A DNA stretch of 64,000 bases from the NCBI GenBank assembly GCA_001643675.2, contig LSRY02000046.1:496001-560000 (forward strand), in the 5' to 3' direction. The position numbers were made by a program, and so were the translations under genes. Of the stretch, positions 1 to 11,720 are shown one piece after another. Under the pieces are notes generated by a model. It made no database searches. It had not been told where the DNA came from and was given only the letters and a program-made list of their open reading frames with translations. This DNA comes from Monocercomonoides exilis PA203. Its lineage: Eukaryota; Protista; Preaxostyla. Position 1 is the first letter of the stretch, and each line of letters begins with the position of its first letter.

Positions 1-514
1 TATCTTTAATCACTCTAGACAAAACTTCAGGCTTTAGAATTTCAGATTCTTCTCGAGGATCTGGTGGAGGCTCTAACGAAGCAAATGCATCAACATGCTC
101 TATTGAGACAAGAACCGGCTCATGTTCAAATGAAGTCAAGGGAAGCTATCGATATAAAAGAAATACGTAAGTTATTTTTTATTTTCCTTTACAAACTCAA
201 ACCCTCACAAAAATTCTGCTACATTTTGCACATTCCAAAAAAAATGGAATATTGAGAAGCTTTGTAATGTATTCACAGTTAATCTCTATTAAAAAGTTTA
301 TTTCGGAAAAGCATTAGTGTTTAAAATTGATGTTTCAAATAATTTTAACCTGCATCCTGTATTACAGCTTTTCCAGATAAAATACTTATATCAACTGTTT
401 TCGAATTATAATGAAGCAAAAATGGCTAATTTTTCATGAAAACAAATTAATATATAATGTTAAGCATATTATTGTGAATACTTCAAGATATTTTCCAATA
501 AAACTCGAAATCAT
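1..514 (-). CDS. 5' end of a chorein-N (VPS13/ATG2/BLTP-family) bridge-like lipid transfer protein; continues off the left edge
   Basis: Not in the ORF track. Exons 514-482, 425-350, 285-203 and 145-<1 join in frame via GT-AG introns 426-481, 286-349 and 146-202. Product: MISSFIGKYLEPFLLHYNSKTVDISILSGKAVIQDAEINCEYITKLLNIPFFLECAKCSRIFVRLPLTSFEHEPVLVSIEHV, which matches the chorein-N pattern (xKYLxxY...ISxxSGxxxL...LP...IPW..L..PVxVxIxxV). Confidence 0.75.
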
Positions 515-658
515 AAAACTATTTCATCTAATAAATTAATATGGGACAAAAGATTTTTTGAAAAAAATCACTTTTCTGATCTTTTTGGACATCATTTTTA
601 TAATTCTGAATAAAAAAATGTTAAGATAAAATTATTACAATATTTATTTTTGAAAATG

Positions 659-3600
659 TTAAAAATCTTCCAATAATTCGTCCAATAACTTTATAACTTC
701 GATCAATGAAAGCCTTTCATTTGGCTCATCTGCCCACATCTTTTCTATCACCTCAACCAATTTTTCTTCTCCTTCAATTTCTTCTGTCAGGGGTCGCACC
801 CCATCCCTTATCATTTCCTGCGCTTCTTCTGCATTGCATTCACTCAAAGGCACTTCCCCTATTGACATCTCATGCAGAATCAGTCCAAGTGAAAAAACAA
901 CTGCCTTTTCAATTCCCTCATCTCCCGCTTCAGGTGCCTTCCATCGCTTCATTTCTTCCTTCTGCTTTTCATCCTCCAGTTCTTTTGTTAAAACAAATAT
1001 TTCATTTGTTTCTTCTTCAACAAAGATAGTATAAGGGCACAACTGTCTAGCCATCATTTCCACTCTTTCGTCTCCAATTGATATCAAATGCTCAAATAGT
1101 TCTGCCACTGTTTTCACGACTTCCTTCCCATCAACAACATCCATCGCTCTTGTTCCCAATGTGAAACCACCTTGCACTGAATGAATCACCAAATGAAGTG
1201 TTTTCAGATTCTTTTTCTCCTTCTCGTGAAATGGTTTCTTTGCTGATATCACATTAAATGAATGAGATTGTGAAACTCCACAAACTGAAACATCTTCAGA
1301 AAATGGCAATGGCGATTCCAAATCTGGAAGATCATTTTCATTCAGCTCTTCATTGCTCATCGAAGGAGGCTCTGGAAGATCTTCGTCGTTGTCAATGAGA
1401 AGTGGAATTTGGCTTGTCATCCCTTCCAGCAGTGTAGATGGCATGTCACTCATCTCAAAGCTCCCTCCGCTGTTTTCCCTTCTTCTCCTCTCTATCTTCC
1501 CCATAATCTGCGCGTTTTCCATTCTCTCTTTCTCAACTGTCTTTTCTGATTCTCTCAGTTTCTTTCGCAGAAGCACAACCACCACAACAAACAAACCAAC
1601 AAAAATCACCAGAACAACAATGCACCCAATAAATGCAACAACTCCCCATTCAATTTTTTCCTCTCCTTCAAACACTTTTTCATCACCTTTTTGTTCATCC
1701 TCACTTCTGTTCATCAGAATAAATGTCTGTGTTGATGAAGGAGATTCTTCATTCCCAAATAAAATACGCACACTCACCTCAACATCATTTCCACAGCTGC
1801 TGATAAGATCTTTTGCCACACTTCCTTCAACTTCTCTTTCTGACAAAAACCCACTTGAATCAAAATCGTATTTTTCAATCTCCTTCTCTTCTCCTTTTCT
1901 CCTCACAACTGAGAATAACAAATTGCATGGAATAAGAAGCGATCCTTTAAATGTCAGCTTCATTCTATTCGCCTCTTCTTTTGCTTCCACACTCTCCAAT
2001 ACAGGAATGAAGAACGATGAATCCCTTTCTGAAACAATTCCTTCAAAACTGCACCCTTCATTCAATATCCAAAGAGAAGTGCTATCCTTCAATCCATCTC
2101 CTCCTTTCAAACTCATCACTTTCAAAGATCCAGAATCAGAACAGATGATATTCCTTCTCAATGATGGATATCCTTCAATTGAGGGATTGTTGTTCATAAA
2201 TTCTCCTTTATCAATAATTACGCTTCCTCCACTCATTGTTATTCCACCTTTGGCTGTATTTGAGATTGTTGTATCTTTCATTATCGAATAGCCCTTGGCG
2301 ATATCAACAACTGATCCATTCCATCTGCACATTTCTTCTTCTTCTGCCTTTTTTCCACTCTGAAGATCATTTTCACATCCAACCAGTTTGCACAGCTCCA
2401 AAGAGAGATATGCACCCATCGATATTTCAACCAAGCTCCCTTTCTCAGATGGCGTGAAACATCTTTCAAACGAACAATTCAACAATTCACATTTTGATTT
2501 TTCGCTGATTGCTTCAATCACATGAGAGTTCATGTTGTTGCTGGTGATGTTTGACATCGTTGAAATGCTCACACACAACAAAACTCTTTTTTCATCGTCT
2601 TCTTCTCTATTGCTGTTCTGCTTCTTCTCTCTTGTCAAACAAATATAGTTTTCTCCACACAGCTTGATATTAGATGCAGTCAGTTGCGAGATATTAACTG
2701 ATGCACCTGATTCAACTAATATCTCACTTTCTGTTGTTTTTATTTCTGAAATCTTGATCTGATTTATAGTTGCAATCGACCCACTTTTGAAGAAGAATAA
2801 CTGATAAATTGTGCTGATTGCATTTATTGAGCTCTTTTCCATCTCAAATACTCCTCCTTCAATCACAATAAGGCTCGAATTGATAGCGAACTCAACAGAT
2901 GAAGATTGCAAAGTGCAGTTCGAAAATGTTAACGAACCATTCAATTGCTCCAAAATTGTGATGTGTTCTGCTGAGAAAAACTCATCAAATGAAAACAAAC
3001 AGTCTTCAACCAAACACTCGTTTTCAAACAACACAATCCACGACCCTTCAGGCTTCACTTCAATCGATGAATTGAAATGAATTGCTGATTGCTGTTTGAT
3101 GATTGACTTCAGCGTGAGATCGCTGATGACTGTCGGCTCAACAACCACGGTTGATGAATCAACACAGATTGCATTGAACAACCCAACTTGCACATGTCTC
3201 ACTCCATGCGACACACTTCTGCACGGATTGTCCTGTTTCCCACACTGGTTGCTGTCTTCAAACTCCATCGACACAAACACCTGCGGCGTGTACAGAAATG
3301 TGATCAGTGGGATGAGATCGATGTCTGAATGTGTCAAGTCGCTCCCACATATCGATGTGTTCATGCGCAGCGAGGGTTGTGAAAAGTCAAGAGCAAAAAG
3401 TGTTTCGTTGATCTGCTCACCGATCGAATAGCATTTGACAAACACATCCTTCCCCATGAATGCATTGTTCATCATGAATTGAACATTCGCAACATGAAGG
3501 AGAAGAGGCTGGCAAGGGGCTTGAAAAGGAGCATCTGGATCACAAAAGTCCAGCATCATCCCTCCTCCTCTCCCTGCGATCTCAGAGCAAGTGCACAACA

Positions 3601-6600
3601 CAAATGTGCTGTTTTTCACTCCCAGGCTCGACTCCTCATTCTTCATGTGCATCATCAACCCTCCTCCTCTGTTGCTTTGTCGGCTGAGACAGTTCCAGAA
3701 CGTGCAATTCTCCATTCCACACTTCAATCCAACAAACTCATCCACATCCAAAAATACTGATCCTTTCTCAGTTCTCGAAACATTCTCGACTGTGACAGAT
3801 GATATGTTCATTGACGGAGAATTCACTGGCAAATCAGGTGAGTCTCCTGAAACAAATTGATTTGGCCGGAGTTCAGAGGGGAAAATAGAAATGAAACTGC
3901 CAGAAGAAATTGATGAATTTGTGAATGATGTGTTATGCATATGAACAGAATGGAAAATGGCTGATAGTCGCAGAAATGGGCTTGAAAGAGACAAAGTCAC
4001 AAGTGCACAGTGCTCCAGGGAGACATCCCCTTCCACAATGTCAAGCACACACAATGAAGAAAAAGGAGATAATGAATCAGATGGAATGAACCTGCAAAGA
4101 GAGAAAGACACCGAATACACAGACCGGATCAATGATTTGTGGAACTCACATCTGCTCGGAAGATCGATTATTATGTTTGAAAAGGAAGCATTCACCGAGT
4201 TGGAGATCAGCGAGCCATCATCCGAGGAATCTCCATCATCAGAAATAAACAAGTGCACAGCCTCACCACCTCCTTCAACTGAAATCAAAGGCCGGTTCTC
4301 ATCAGACGGTTTTGAAGGAACCAAGGAAACTGAATGTTTGAGTGAGGTCGATCCTTCCACTTTGATGATCGACTTCTCCAAAGCAACTGGAGATAATCGC
4401 ATTTTGATCATGTGGTCAACCGAGGAGCATGGTGCTTCTGAATATCCACATCCACTGAAGTCTCCTCCTTTCTCTTTCGAAACAAATCCATTCCCACTCC
4501 AATTTGACCACAAATACACAACCAACGGAATCACATATTCTTCTCTCGTTGTTATCCTTTCCCATCCACATAGCCCATCCAATGATTCCAACTCCTCTGA
4601 ACTCATCTCCCATTTGAAATGATCTTTGTTCACAACTTCTCTCAGATCCCATCCTGACACAAACACATCCTTCCCTTTCCAACCGTTGCACCCCTCAAAT
4701 ATCATTCCTTCAAGCACAAATGATCCAATTTGATCAGGAAGTTCAACAAACATCCCTCCTCCCATTCCTCTTCCTCCATCCTCTCTATCCTCTGTTGGCA
4801 CTTCACATTCAGACAAATTCACATTTTTCATTTCCAAACTTCCTCCACTTCCAACTGATATCATCAGCCCTCCCCCTCTGAGTCCTTCTTCGTTTTTGCA
4901 CTTTGATGATATGTTCGTGTTCTTGATCGAAATGGATCCTCCACCACTCGTTTCCACTGACATGCATCCTCCGCTTCCTCCCTCGTGTGTCATCTCTGTC
5001 AATGTGCATCCCTCAACTGCCACCCGCGATGCTCCGTTCACGTTGATTGGCGAAAGTGCTGTGAAAGTGACATCCTCAGAAACAACCAATCCCGTGAGCT
5101 CCAATTCACCTCCACTCACATGAATCAATGAAAATACCACAGAGCTCACAATATTATCAACTGAAAATGCAATCGAAATATTGTTCAAAGAGAGAAAGAT
5201 TGTTGACTGAATAATCGACGATATTGAAGAAGGAAGAATACAAGGAAGAGCAAAAGATAAGAAAGACAGAGAAAAGCTTCCAGAACACTGAATAACATTG
5301 TGGCAGTCAGTGGAGATATTGTCAGTCAAGCCAACATTCACCAAGGGATATTGGCTCGAAGAAGATGATGATGGTGAAGAAGAAATTGATATTTGAGATG
5401 TTGGAAACAACGGAACAACAAATGGATTCTTGATCGATGTTGACGATATCACTTCCATCGAATTCACTGACTCGTTCACTCGCTCACGAATGCAGAAGTC
5501 GATTGTTGAACAGCAGAAAACGGAATATCCACAATGCGAATGATCAATGCCTCTTCTTTCGTCAATTGAAATGGGAGGTTCGAGATCACACAAATACGCG
5601 CACAATGGAATAACTGGCAATGATGTCCCATCCTCACTTCCACTCAACTTCAACACATCTCCCTGAATCTCTTGTGGATCCAAGAATTCAAATGAGGCAG
5701 AATTCACTTTTTGCTCCAACAAAATACCCTTTCCGCAATTAACAAACACATCACTTCCATAAAAAGCGATATTCGGGTTTTCTTCAGAAAACATCACATT
5801 TTCACAAATGGTGAATTCAGATTCCATCGAATCAGCACTTATAAACATCCCTCCTCCTCTCCACTTTTCTTCAAGACTTCCTGCACAGCATCCCTCAAAT
5901 ATCGATGTTCCATTCACAATCAACTCTCCTTTCCATTCTCCGCTCATCGCCAGACCACCTCCATCTTTTCCTGCTGACACATTCTCAAAATGGCAGTTTT
6001 CAACAACAACACTCCCAGAGGATGCATCATATCTCTCAATTATTCCACCACTTCCTGACAGCCTTTGAATCGACGTGAAGTTTGTGCTCACCACATGCAA
6101 CACTGATCCAGACCGATTTGCATTGAATGAACTGAGACTGTTGGACAAGAAATTCATGCCAGCAATTCCAACTCCCGACAATTCCACATTTCCTCCAAAT
6201 ATGCACATGAAAGACACTTCAAGCTGCAATTTACTGTCAACTGATGATATTTCGCATTCCTCCATTGTCAACGATCCATCTCCATCCATCACCACAAATG
6301 GCATGCTTTCCCCACTCTCTGCATTCCCTTGAAGCATTGTCACTTTCTGAACACAAAAGGTTCCAGACAAAACATCAAAGACTGGCTCCAATGATGATGC
6401 TGATTGTACAACACATTCATTCTTTGACAGTCCACAAACACTGAAATCGCTGGAAGAAATTGAAATTTGTTCTTCCTTGAACACACTTGGTCGCAGGATC
6501 AGTGTCTTGTTCGAATTGCTTGTTGTTCTTTCGAGAGAATATTTGATTGAACGACACAAAGGGGCAAAACCACACTGCTCATGATCAATCCCTGCTGAAT

Positions 6601-8119
6601 AATCTGCTGTTATTTGGTGATTGTTCTCATTGTCTTTCATCCACGAACTCAGATCTGATATATCAGTGCATTCATAGAATCCGTCATTGCATCTTGTGAT
6701 TCTTGGTGATGCACTTGTGGAATAACAATCAGAAATATTGTTTTTATCAATTTCCTTCCACTGTTGAAAATTCCCAATGTGAATATCATATCCAAATGCA
6801 TCATTTTTTGCTGTATTGTAATGGAAAAGGCAATATTTGATATTTATTGAAGGTTTATTCAATTCTTCTTCAGCTGCGAGGAATATACAAGGAGCCAAAT
6901 TATCACTCTTGCAATTCTGTATCGAACAGTTAGAAATCAATATCAATGTGCTAACGTACAAGATGTGAGTAACTGATGAGTATGCATTTGAACATGCATT
7001 GTCGAAAATGCATGAACATATAACAAAGTTGTTTTTGTCAACATTAAGGATATAAAAACAAGTTTTGCTTTCTGATGAACAATTCATAATTGAAGTCGTA
7101 GTAATCATTCCCGAATCAATACTTTGTAATCTGTATCCGCCTGTTTCTCCTGGAGACGAACACTCGCAAACATGACAATCTTCAGAAACGAATATTCCAT
7201 TTGAGTCAATCATTGAAACAGCTCCTGCACAAATTTTTGATGAGCATTCTTTGAATGAACAACGATGCAATTCGATTGTTGCATTTCCCTCACCATACAG
7301 AGCCCCGCCGGACTCATCGCTTTGAACATTGAATGTGTCATCGTAAAATTCATTTTCTCCTCCTGAAAATGTTTTCCTTTTATTGAAAGTTGTGAAGCAT
7401 TTCAAAAATGATGAATTTCTGCATCGAAAAGATATCATTGAAGGTGAAAGAATGCCTCCAGAATACGGACTTTCACAACCAATCATCGCTGTGCTTTCCA
7501 CCAAGACTCGGTCAGAGCAGCCATTTTCATTATCACATTTTTTTCTGTTTTTTGGCAAAGTGATGTTTTCGAACATAGCATCAGACACTGATATTGATGA
7601 AAGGCAATTCGAAAAAAGAAATGGACCATCGCCAAGGAGTTCAAATGACGAAATCCTCAAAGAAGACATGTGCAGTTCACCACAACGAGAAAGAACTTCC
7701 TTTGAATAATGAGGGATCAGAGATGATAATTGGCGGTCTCGACCAACAAAATCGATCGAAATATTACTGAGACATATTCGGCCTTCGAAGCAGTCAAGCA
7801 CGTTTTTCGATTGAGGAAGCACAGAAAACGAACAACAGCAAATATACAACAGCGAATGAGAGTCCACTGATGCAAAATGTTTCTCCATGTCAACGTTGTA
7901 GACAAATGCAGATAAGACAACAGTAGCGTTCTCGGCAATAAAAAATGAATGCTTATCTTCATGCTTGTTTTGTTTGCTCTTTTCATAAAAAATTTGTGCA
8001 AATGATAAGCCTTGAGTTTCTAAGCTCATAATTGTTGTCATATGAGGTGTAAATTCAATTCCATTAAAATTCTGTTCGTAAAAATATGAAATGAAACATG
8101 CAAGCCAAAAAATAATCAT
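659..8119 (-). CDS. Large single-pass receptor-like protein: repeated Cys/Gly-rich beta-helix (pectin-lyase-like) ectodomain, TM helix and C-terminal degenerate kinase C-lobe
   Basis: Single 2486-aa ORF with a hydrophobic N-terminus. About four repeats start with GxDxxxCG...CxS[IV] and contain GGGxF / GxDVFV / IPLxxYL. TM segment GVVAFIGCIVVLVIFVGLFVVVVVLL followed by RKK. Kinase remnants: RWKAPE, VFSLGLILHEM, MWADEPNER. Confidence 0.8.
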   Translation of the reverse strand: MIIFWLACFISYFYEQNFNGIEFTPHMTTIMSLETQGLSFAQIFYEKSKQNKHEDKHSFFIAENATVVLSAFVYNVDMEKHFASVDSHSLLYICCCSFSVLPQSKNVLDCFEGRICLSNISIDFVGRDRQLSSLIPHYSKEVLSRCGELHMSSLRISSFELLGDGPFLFSNCLSSISVSDAMFENITLPKNRKKCDNENGCSDRVLVESTAMIGCESPYSGGILSPSMISFRCRNSSFLKCFTTFNKRKTFSGGENEFYDDTFNVQSDESGGALYGEGNATIELHRCSFKECSSKICAGAVSMIDSNGIFVSEDCHVCECSSPGETGGYRLQSIDSGMITTTSIMNCSSESKTCFYILNVDKNNFVICSCIFDNACSNAYSSVTHILYVSTLILISNCSIQNCKSDNLAPCIFLAAEEELNKPSINIKYCLFHYNTAKNDAFGYDIHIGNFQQWKEIDKNNISDCYSTSASPRITRCNDGFYECTDISDLSSWMKDNENNHQITADYSAGIDHEQCGFAPLCRSIKYSLERTTSNSNKTLILRPSVFKEEQISISSSDFSVCGLSKNECVVQSASSLEPVFDVLSGTFCVQKVTMLQGNAESGESMPFVVMDGDGSLTMEECEISSVDSKLQLEVSFMCIFGGNVELSGVGIAGMNFLSNSLSSFNANRSGSVLHVVSTNFTSIQRLSGSGGIIERYDASSGSVVVENCHFENVSAGKDGGGLAMSGEWKGELIVNGTSIFEGCCAGSLEEKWRGGGMFISADSMESEFTICENVMFSEENPNIAFYGSDVFVNCGKGILLEQKVNSASFEFLDPQEIQGDVLKLSGSEDGTSLPVIPLCAYLCDLEPPISIDERRGIDHSHCGYSVFCCSTIDFCIRERVNESVNSMEVISSTSIKNPFVVPLFPTSQISISSSPSSSSSSQYPLVNVGLTDNISTDCHNVIQCSGSFSLSFLSFALPCILPSSISSIIQSTIFLSLNNISIAFSVDNIVSSVVFSLIHVSGGELELTGLVVSEDVTFTALSPINVNGASRVAVEGCTLTEMTHEGGSGGCMSVETSGGGSISIKNTNISSKCKNEEGLRGGGLMISVGSGGSLEMKNVNLSECEVPTEDREDGGRGMGGGMFVELPDQIGSFVLEGMIFEGCNGWKGKDVFVSGWDLREVVNKDHFKWEMSSEELESLDGLCGWERITTREEYVIPLVVYLWSNWSGNGFVSKEKGGDFSGCGYSEAPCSSVDHMIKMRLSPVALEKSIIKVEGSTSLKHSVSLVPSKPSDENRPLISVEGGGEAVHLFISDDGDSSDDGSLISNSVNASFSNIIIDLPSRCEFHKSLIRSVYSVSFSLCRFIPSDSLSPFSSLCVLDIVEGDVSLEHCALVTLSLSSPFLRLSAIFHSVHMHNTSFTNSSISSGSFISIFPSELRPNQFVSGDSPDLPVNSPSMNISSVTVENVSRTEKGSVFLDVDEFVGLKCGMENCTFWNCLSRQSNRGGGLMMHMKNEESSLGVKNSTFVLCTCSEIAGRGGGMMLDFCDPDAPFQAPCQPLLLHVANVQFMMNNAFMGKDVFVKCYSIGEQINETLFALDFSQPSLRMNTSICGSDLTHSDIDLIPLITFLYTPQVFVSMEFEDSNQCGKQDNPCRSVSHGVRHVQVGLFNAICVDSSTVVVEPTVISDLTLKSIIKQQSAIHFNSSIEVKPEGSWIVLFENECLVEDCLFSFDEFFSAEHITILEQLNGSLTFSNCTLQSSSVEFAINSSLIVIEGGVFEMEKSSINAISTIYQLFFFKSGSIATINQIKISEIKTTESEILVESGASVNISQLTASNIKLCGENYICLTREKKQNSNREEDDEKRVLLCVSISTMSNITSNNMNSHVIEAISEKSKCELLNCSFERCFTPSEKGSLVEISMGAYLSLELCKLVGCENDLQSGKKAEEEEMCRWNGSVVDIAKGYSIMKDTTISNTAKGGITMSGGSVIIDKGEFMNNNPSIEGYPSLRRNIICSDSGSLKVMSLKGGDGLKDSTSLWILNEGCSFEGIVSERDSSFFIPVLESVEAKEEANRMKLTFKGSLLIPCNLLFSVVRRKGEEKEIEKYDFDSSGFLSEREVEGSVAKDLISSCGNDVEVSVRILFGNEESPSSTQTFILMNRSEDEQKGDEKVFEGEEKIEWGVVAFIGCIVVLVIFVGLFVVVVVLLRKKLRESEKTVEKERMENAQIMGKIERRRRENSGGSFEMSDMPSTLLEGMTSQIPLLIDNDEDLPEPPSMSNEELNENDLPDLESPLPFSEDVSVCGVSQSHSFNVISAKKPFHEKEKKNLKTLHLVIHSVQGGFTLGTRAMDVVDGKEVVKTVAELFEHLISIGDERVEMMARQLCPYTIFVEEETNEIFVLTKELEDEKQKEEMKRWKAPEAGDEGIEKAVVFSLGLILHEMSIGEVPLSECNAEEAQEMIRDGVRPLTEEIEGEEKLVEVIEKMWADEPNERLSLIEVIKLLDELLEDF

Positions 8120-8665
8120 TTAAAAAATAACAGTTTCTTCTCTTTTTTATAATGTATTCGATCATGTCTGTTTTTTTTAAAGATCAGATTGCTTGAAAAA
8201 AGAATAAATGTGTTCAAATTAAAATTGCTAATATAAAATTTCAAGCTTCATTTGTCTTTCACTCTTCTTATAAGTTTTTTTATCGAGTTTTTTCGAATCA
8301 ACAATATCTTTTCGGAATCAATAAAAACATTTTTTTTGAATAATCTGGTGTAATCTTGAATAAGCATTAATTATTCAAATAAATATTTTAATTGCAATAA
8401 ATTATTAAATTTATAATCTTCAAAAGGTGAATTATTCCTTTTCTGAAACGAACAGATAAAAATATTGCAATGTTTTTTTCAGAAAAAATGAATACAGAAA
8501 ATATGCTGAAATACAAAAATCAATCAATCTGTTCATATATGATAAAGATTATTGTTAATTTTGAATTTGATGGATTTTTCGAATTTGCAAATATAGTAAT
8601 TAGATCAAACTTTTTTGCATTGCTACTCATTTTTCGCAGCGTATTATACAACAATAAAGTGAAAA

Positions 8666-11600
8666 ATGACTACAAAAGGTGTTGGAGATGATGGAAAATT
8701 GTTTGATGTTCCACAGGTGCAGTCAATGCCAGAAGGGATGAAGCTTAAAAATGTTACAATTTTTGAAATGATTGCATGGGTGTTGTGCATCTACTTTACA
8801 GTTGCTACAATTGTTTCACCTCTTCCTATTTATGTGTACGTGGTTCATTATATGTTTTGGCGTATCTCTTATGATTTGGGGATTGGAATAATTCTTCATT
8901 TTCAATCAAAATATCAGAGTTTTTCAAAGGTATACTTTTTTCACGTTTTCTTAATGATAATGTGATATTTTTTTGATCATTTAGTTTGTAAAGCGGAATA
9001 CTACTCCTTCAAAAGACGGGAAACTTTCTGGCTTTGGGAAATTTTTAATTCATCTTCAGCAAAGAGGAGCTCCTGTTGGATTTACAATTGAAAGCTATCC
9101 AAACAACTTTAAATCTTGGCTAGTCTTTAAGCATATTGAAAATCTAATTTTGTGGATGGATGGATTTTCTTTTGGATGTCTGGCAATTCGATGCGGAAAT
9201 ATTGCGCGATATTTACAATTTTTACCATCAGAATGGCAATGGGTTGCAGGAAATTATTCCCAGGAGCAACACTTACCAATGTGGCTCGAAGTTTTGTGGG
9301 ATGTGTTTGGATTGATTCTGATCTGGGTGAATTGGATAAGCAAGGTGGATGCACATAATGTTGTTGGAGCGTATGCGTGGTTTTGGGGTGACTTCTTCTT
9401 TTTAGCCAAAACGGATCTAACATTTGATGGAATCTATCTTGTAGTTCCGCATCCAATGTACACAATTGGGTATTCATCGTATTACGGGATCTCGATTCTG
9501 TCTCGTTCGTATATCGTATTTGCGCTATCTTTGTTTGGCCATCTGCTGCAAATGCTGTTTTTGTATTGTGTGGAAGAACCCCATATGAACAGAATCTACG
9601 GCAGCGAAACAGAAGACGCACCTCGAATTGAGGAGATTAGAAGCTATTTTGCACAGTCAAGAAAAGATCAAAAACTTACACAGAACGAAAAGAACCACAT
9701 TCGAATAATGGAAGCTATCGGAGCCAGGCCGCCTTGCGCATGCTGCTGCCATGACCCGTTCCCATCGTTGCTTTCATCATCCTCATCATCTGGTCATACC
9801 CATACGATCATGCCCAACTATTCAACAAGCCAAACTACCGAATCATCGCAGCCATCCTCCGCCCAACGTGATTCAACAACACTTTCATTCCAGCCATTTG
9901 TGTGTCAAACGGAGGACATTCCAAAGAGCACAGACAGGGTGAACCGGAAAGCCAGCAGAATGGCGCATAGCTCGAAGGGAAGGTTTGCTGAAGACGAGTC
10001 TGGGCAGAGCGAAAGTGGGGAGGAAGACACAGATGGAGATATTGATGTGGATGTGGATGTTCTCCTGGAGACCCTCAAAAGAGACTCCCAGAAATCCACA
10101 CAGCGTTCTGCCTGCCGTTGCCCCGAGTGCGGCTGTGTGCATCTGGAGCCAAAATACGCTGGAACTGCTACGGATTCAAGTTCCGCGAACACTTCTTCTC
10201 TTTCCTCGAATGCCTCTTTGCCTTTGAATGGACCAATCCCAACCACGACTACCCTCTTGTCATGTCAATGCCAGATTCCACTGATATCTGAGGTTCTGCT
10301 TTGCCTCTCAGAATTCTTCCGCTCTCCATCCACCTGCATCAAGAACACGTTTGCTCGGTTCGGAGCCGCTGCGCGTGTTGTGTGGCACTTCTTGCGGATG
10401 ACATCACCGTCAGATGAGAGAGATTCTCACCAAGACGCTCACTCAAATACAGACTCTTCTGAAAGCGCTTCAAAGCCAGGCAAAGCAGGGAAGCCAGCCA
10501 AGTCTTGCTTGTTTGGTGTGCCGTCCACACCGCCAAAGCTGTTCGAGAAATATGCAGACGACTTTGTACCCTTCGAGGCGCCAGCGCACACTCTGTCTGC
10601 ACGGCGCGTGCTGGTGCTGTTTTGTGCTGTGTTTATGGCTTCTTTTGCACTCAGCCCATTTTCTGTGGCATCGCACGTAGCACTCGCCTTACTCTGCATC
10701 TTCTGGGCAGTCTTTCTTTATGTTGTACTGTCATACACGCTCATGACTAATGGCATATCAACACTCGACCAATGCTCAGCTGACAAAGCATCTGAAAAGA
10801 AGCCTACTGGAAAATCAGTTGATTCTATTTATTCTTCCCCTTCTTCTTTGTACCAAAATTCATTTGCATCTACATCCTCATCTCCATATACTCCGACAGA
10901 GCCATATTCTCCAGTGGCTCCTCGTTCCCTGAGCTCTGCTGGCGAGGCGCTTGTTGGATACACCTCTTCGAATGTTCTGCCGCTGTGGCTGGCTGTCCGC
11001 CTGCCGCCGCCACATTCTACCGAGTTCTATGCAAACAGACAGGCCATCCACAACTTCCGGCAGTTCCAAAAGAACTACGATGTGTGTGAGCACATGCACG
11101 TTCTCTCATTTGTGTTGCTGTCTGCGTGTTTGTTTGTTGGGCAGAAGGACATTAATTGGAAATCGCTAGGCGAATGGCGTATGTTCGGGGGAGTGCGAGT
11201 GATGGGTGTGTTTATGATTGCACTGTCGGTTATTGTCGTGCGCTCGATCAGAAAACAACTGGGGCTGTTTGGGTGGTATTATGGAGACTTCTTTATGACT
11301 CCACGTGCTGCCCAGCAGATGGCACTGGTGGCGAAGGACAAAGAAAGAGCAAAGGATAAAGCAGGAGAGCATGCAGAGACCACGTTCTGCTTGCGAAACA
11401 GAGGCGTGTACCGCTATCTGAACCACCCAGCGACCACTGTGGGTGCACTGTGGATGTACGGGCTGGCGTTGGTGTGTGAGTCAGTGACGCTGCTGACGCT
11501 GGCGCTCTTCTGTCATCTGCTGGCCATTCTGCGTATGGTGCTGGTTGAGCAGCGGTTCATGAATGTGATCTACGGCACGCCAAATCCGAACTCGGAGAGC

Positions 11601-11720
11601 GGAATTATTAGAGGCATTAGGCAGAGTTTGAAGAGAAGCAGAGGAGAAGCGAAGAAGGAGCTGAGAAAGAACTGGGCGGTAAAGAGGGCGCTTAAGAAGA
11701 AAGGAGGCAAAAAGGAATAG
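8666..11720 (+). CDS. CHO2: Phosphatidylethanolamine N-methyltransferase, Cho2/PEM1 type (two PEMT domains)
   Basis: Exon 1 (8666-8929) splices over intron 8930-8984 in frame into the 856-aa ORF. Cho2 motifs: FDVP, FWRISYDLGIG, YPNNFKSWLVF, DAHNVVGAYAWFWGDFFF, FDGIYLVVPHPMYTIGY; second domain GWYYGDFF ... GVYRYLNHP. Confidence 0.88.
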
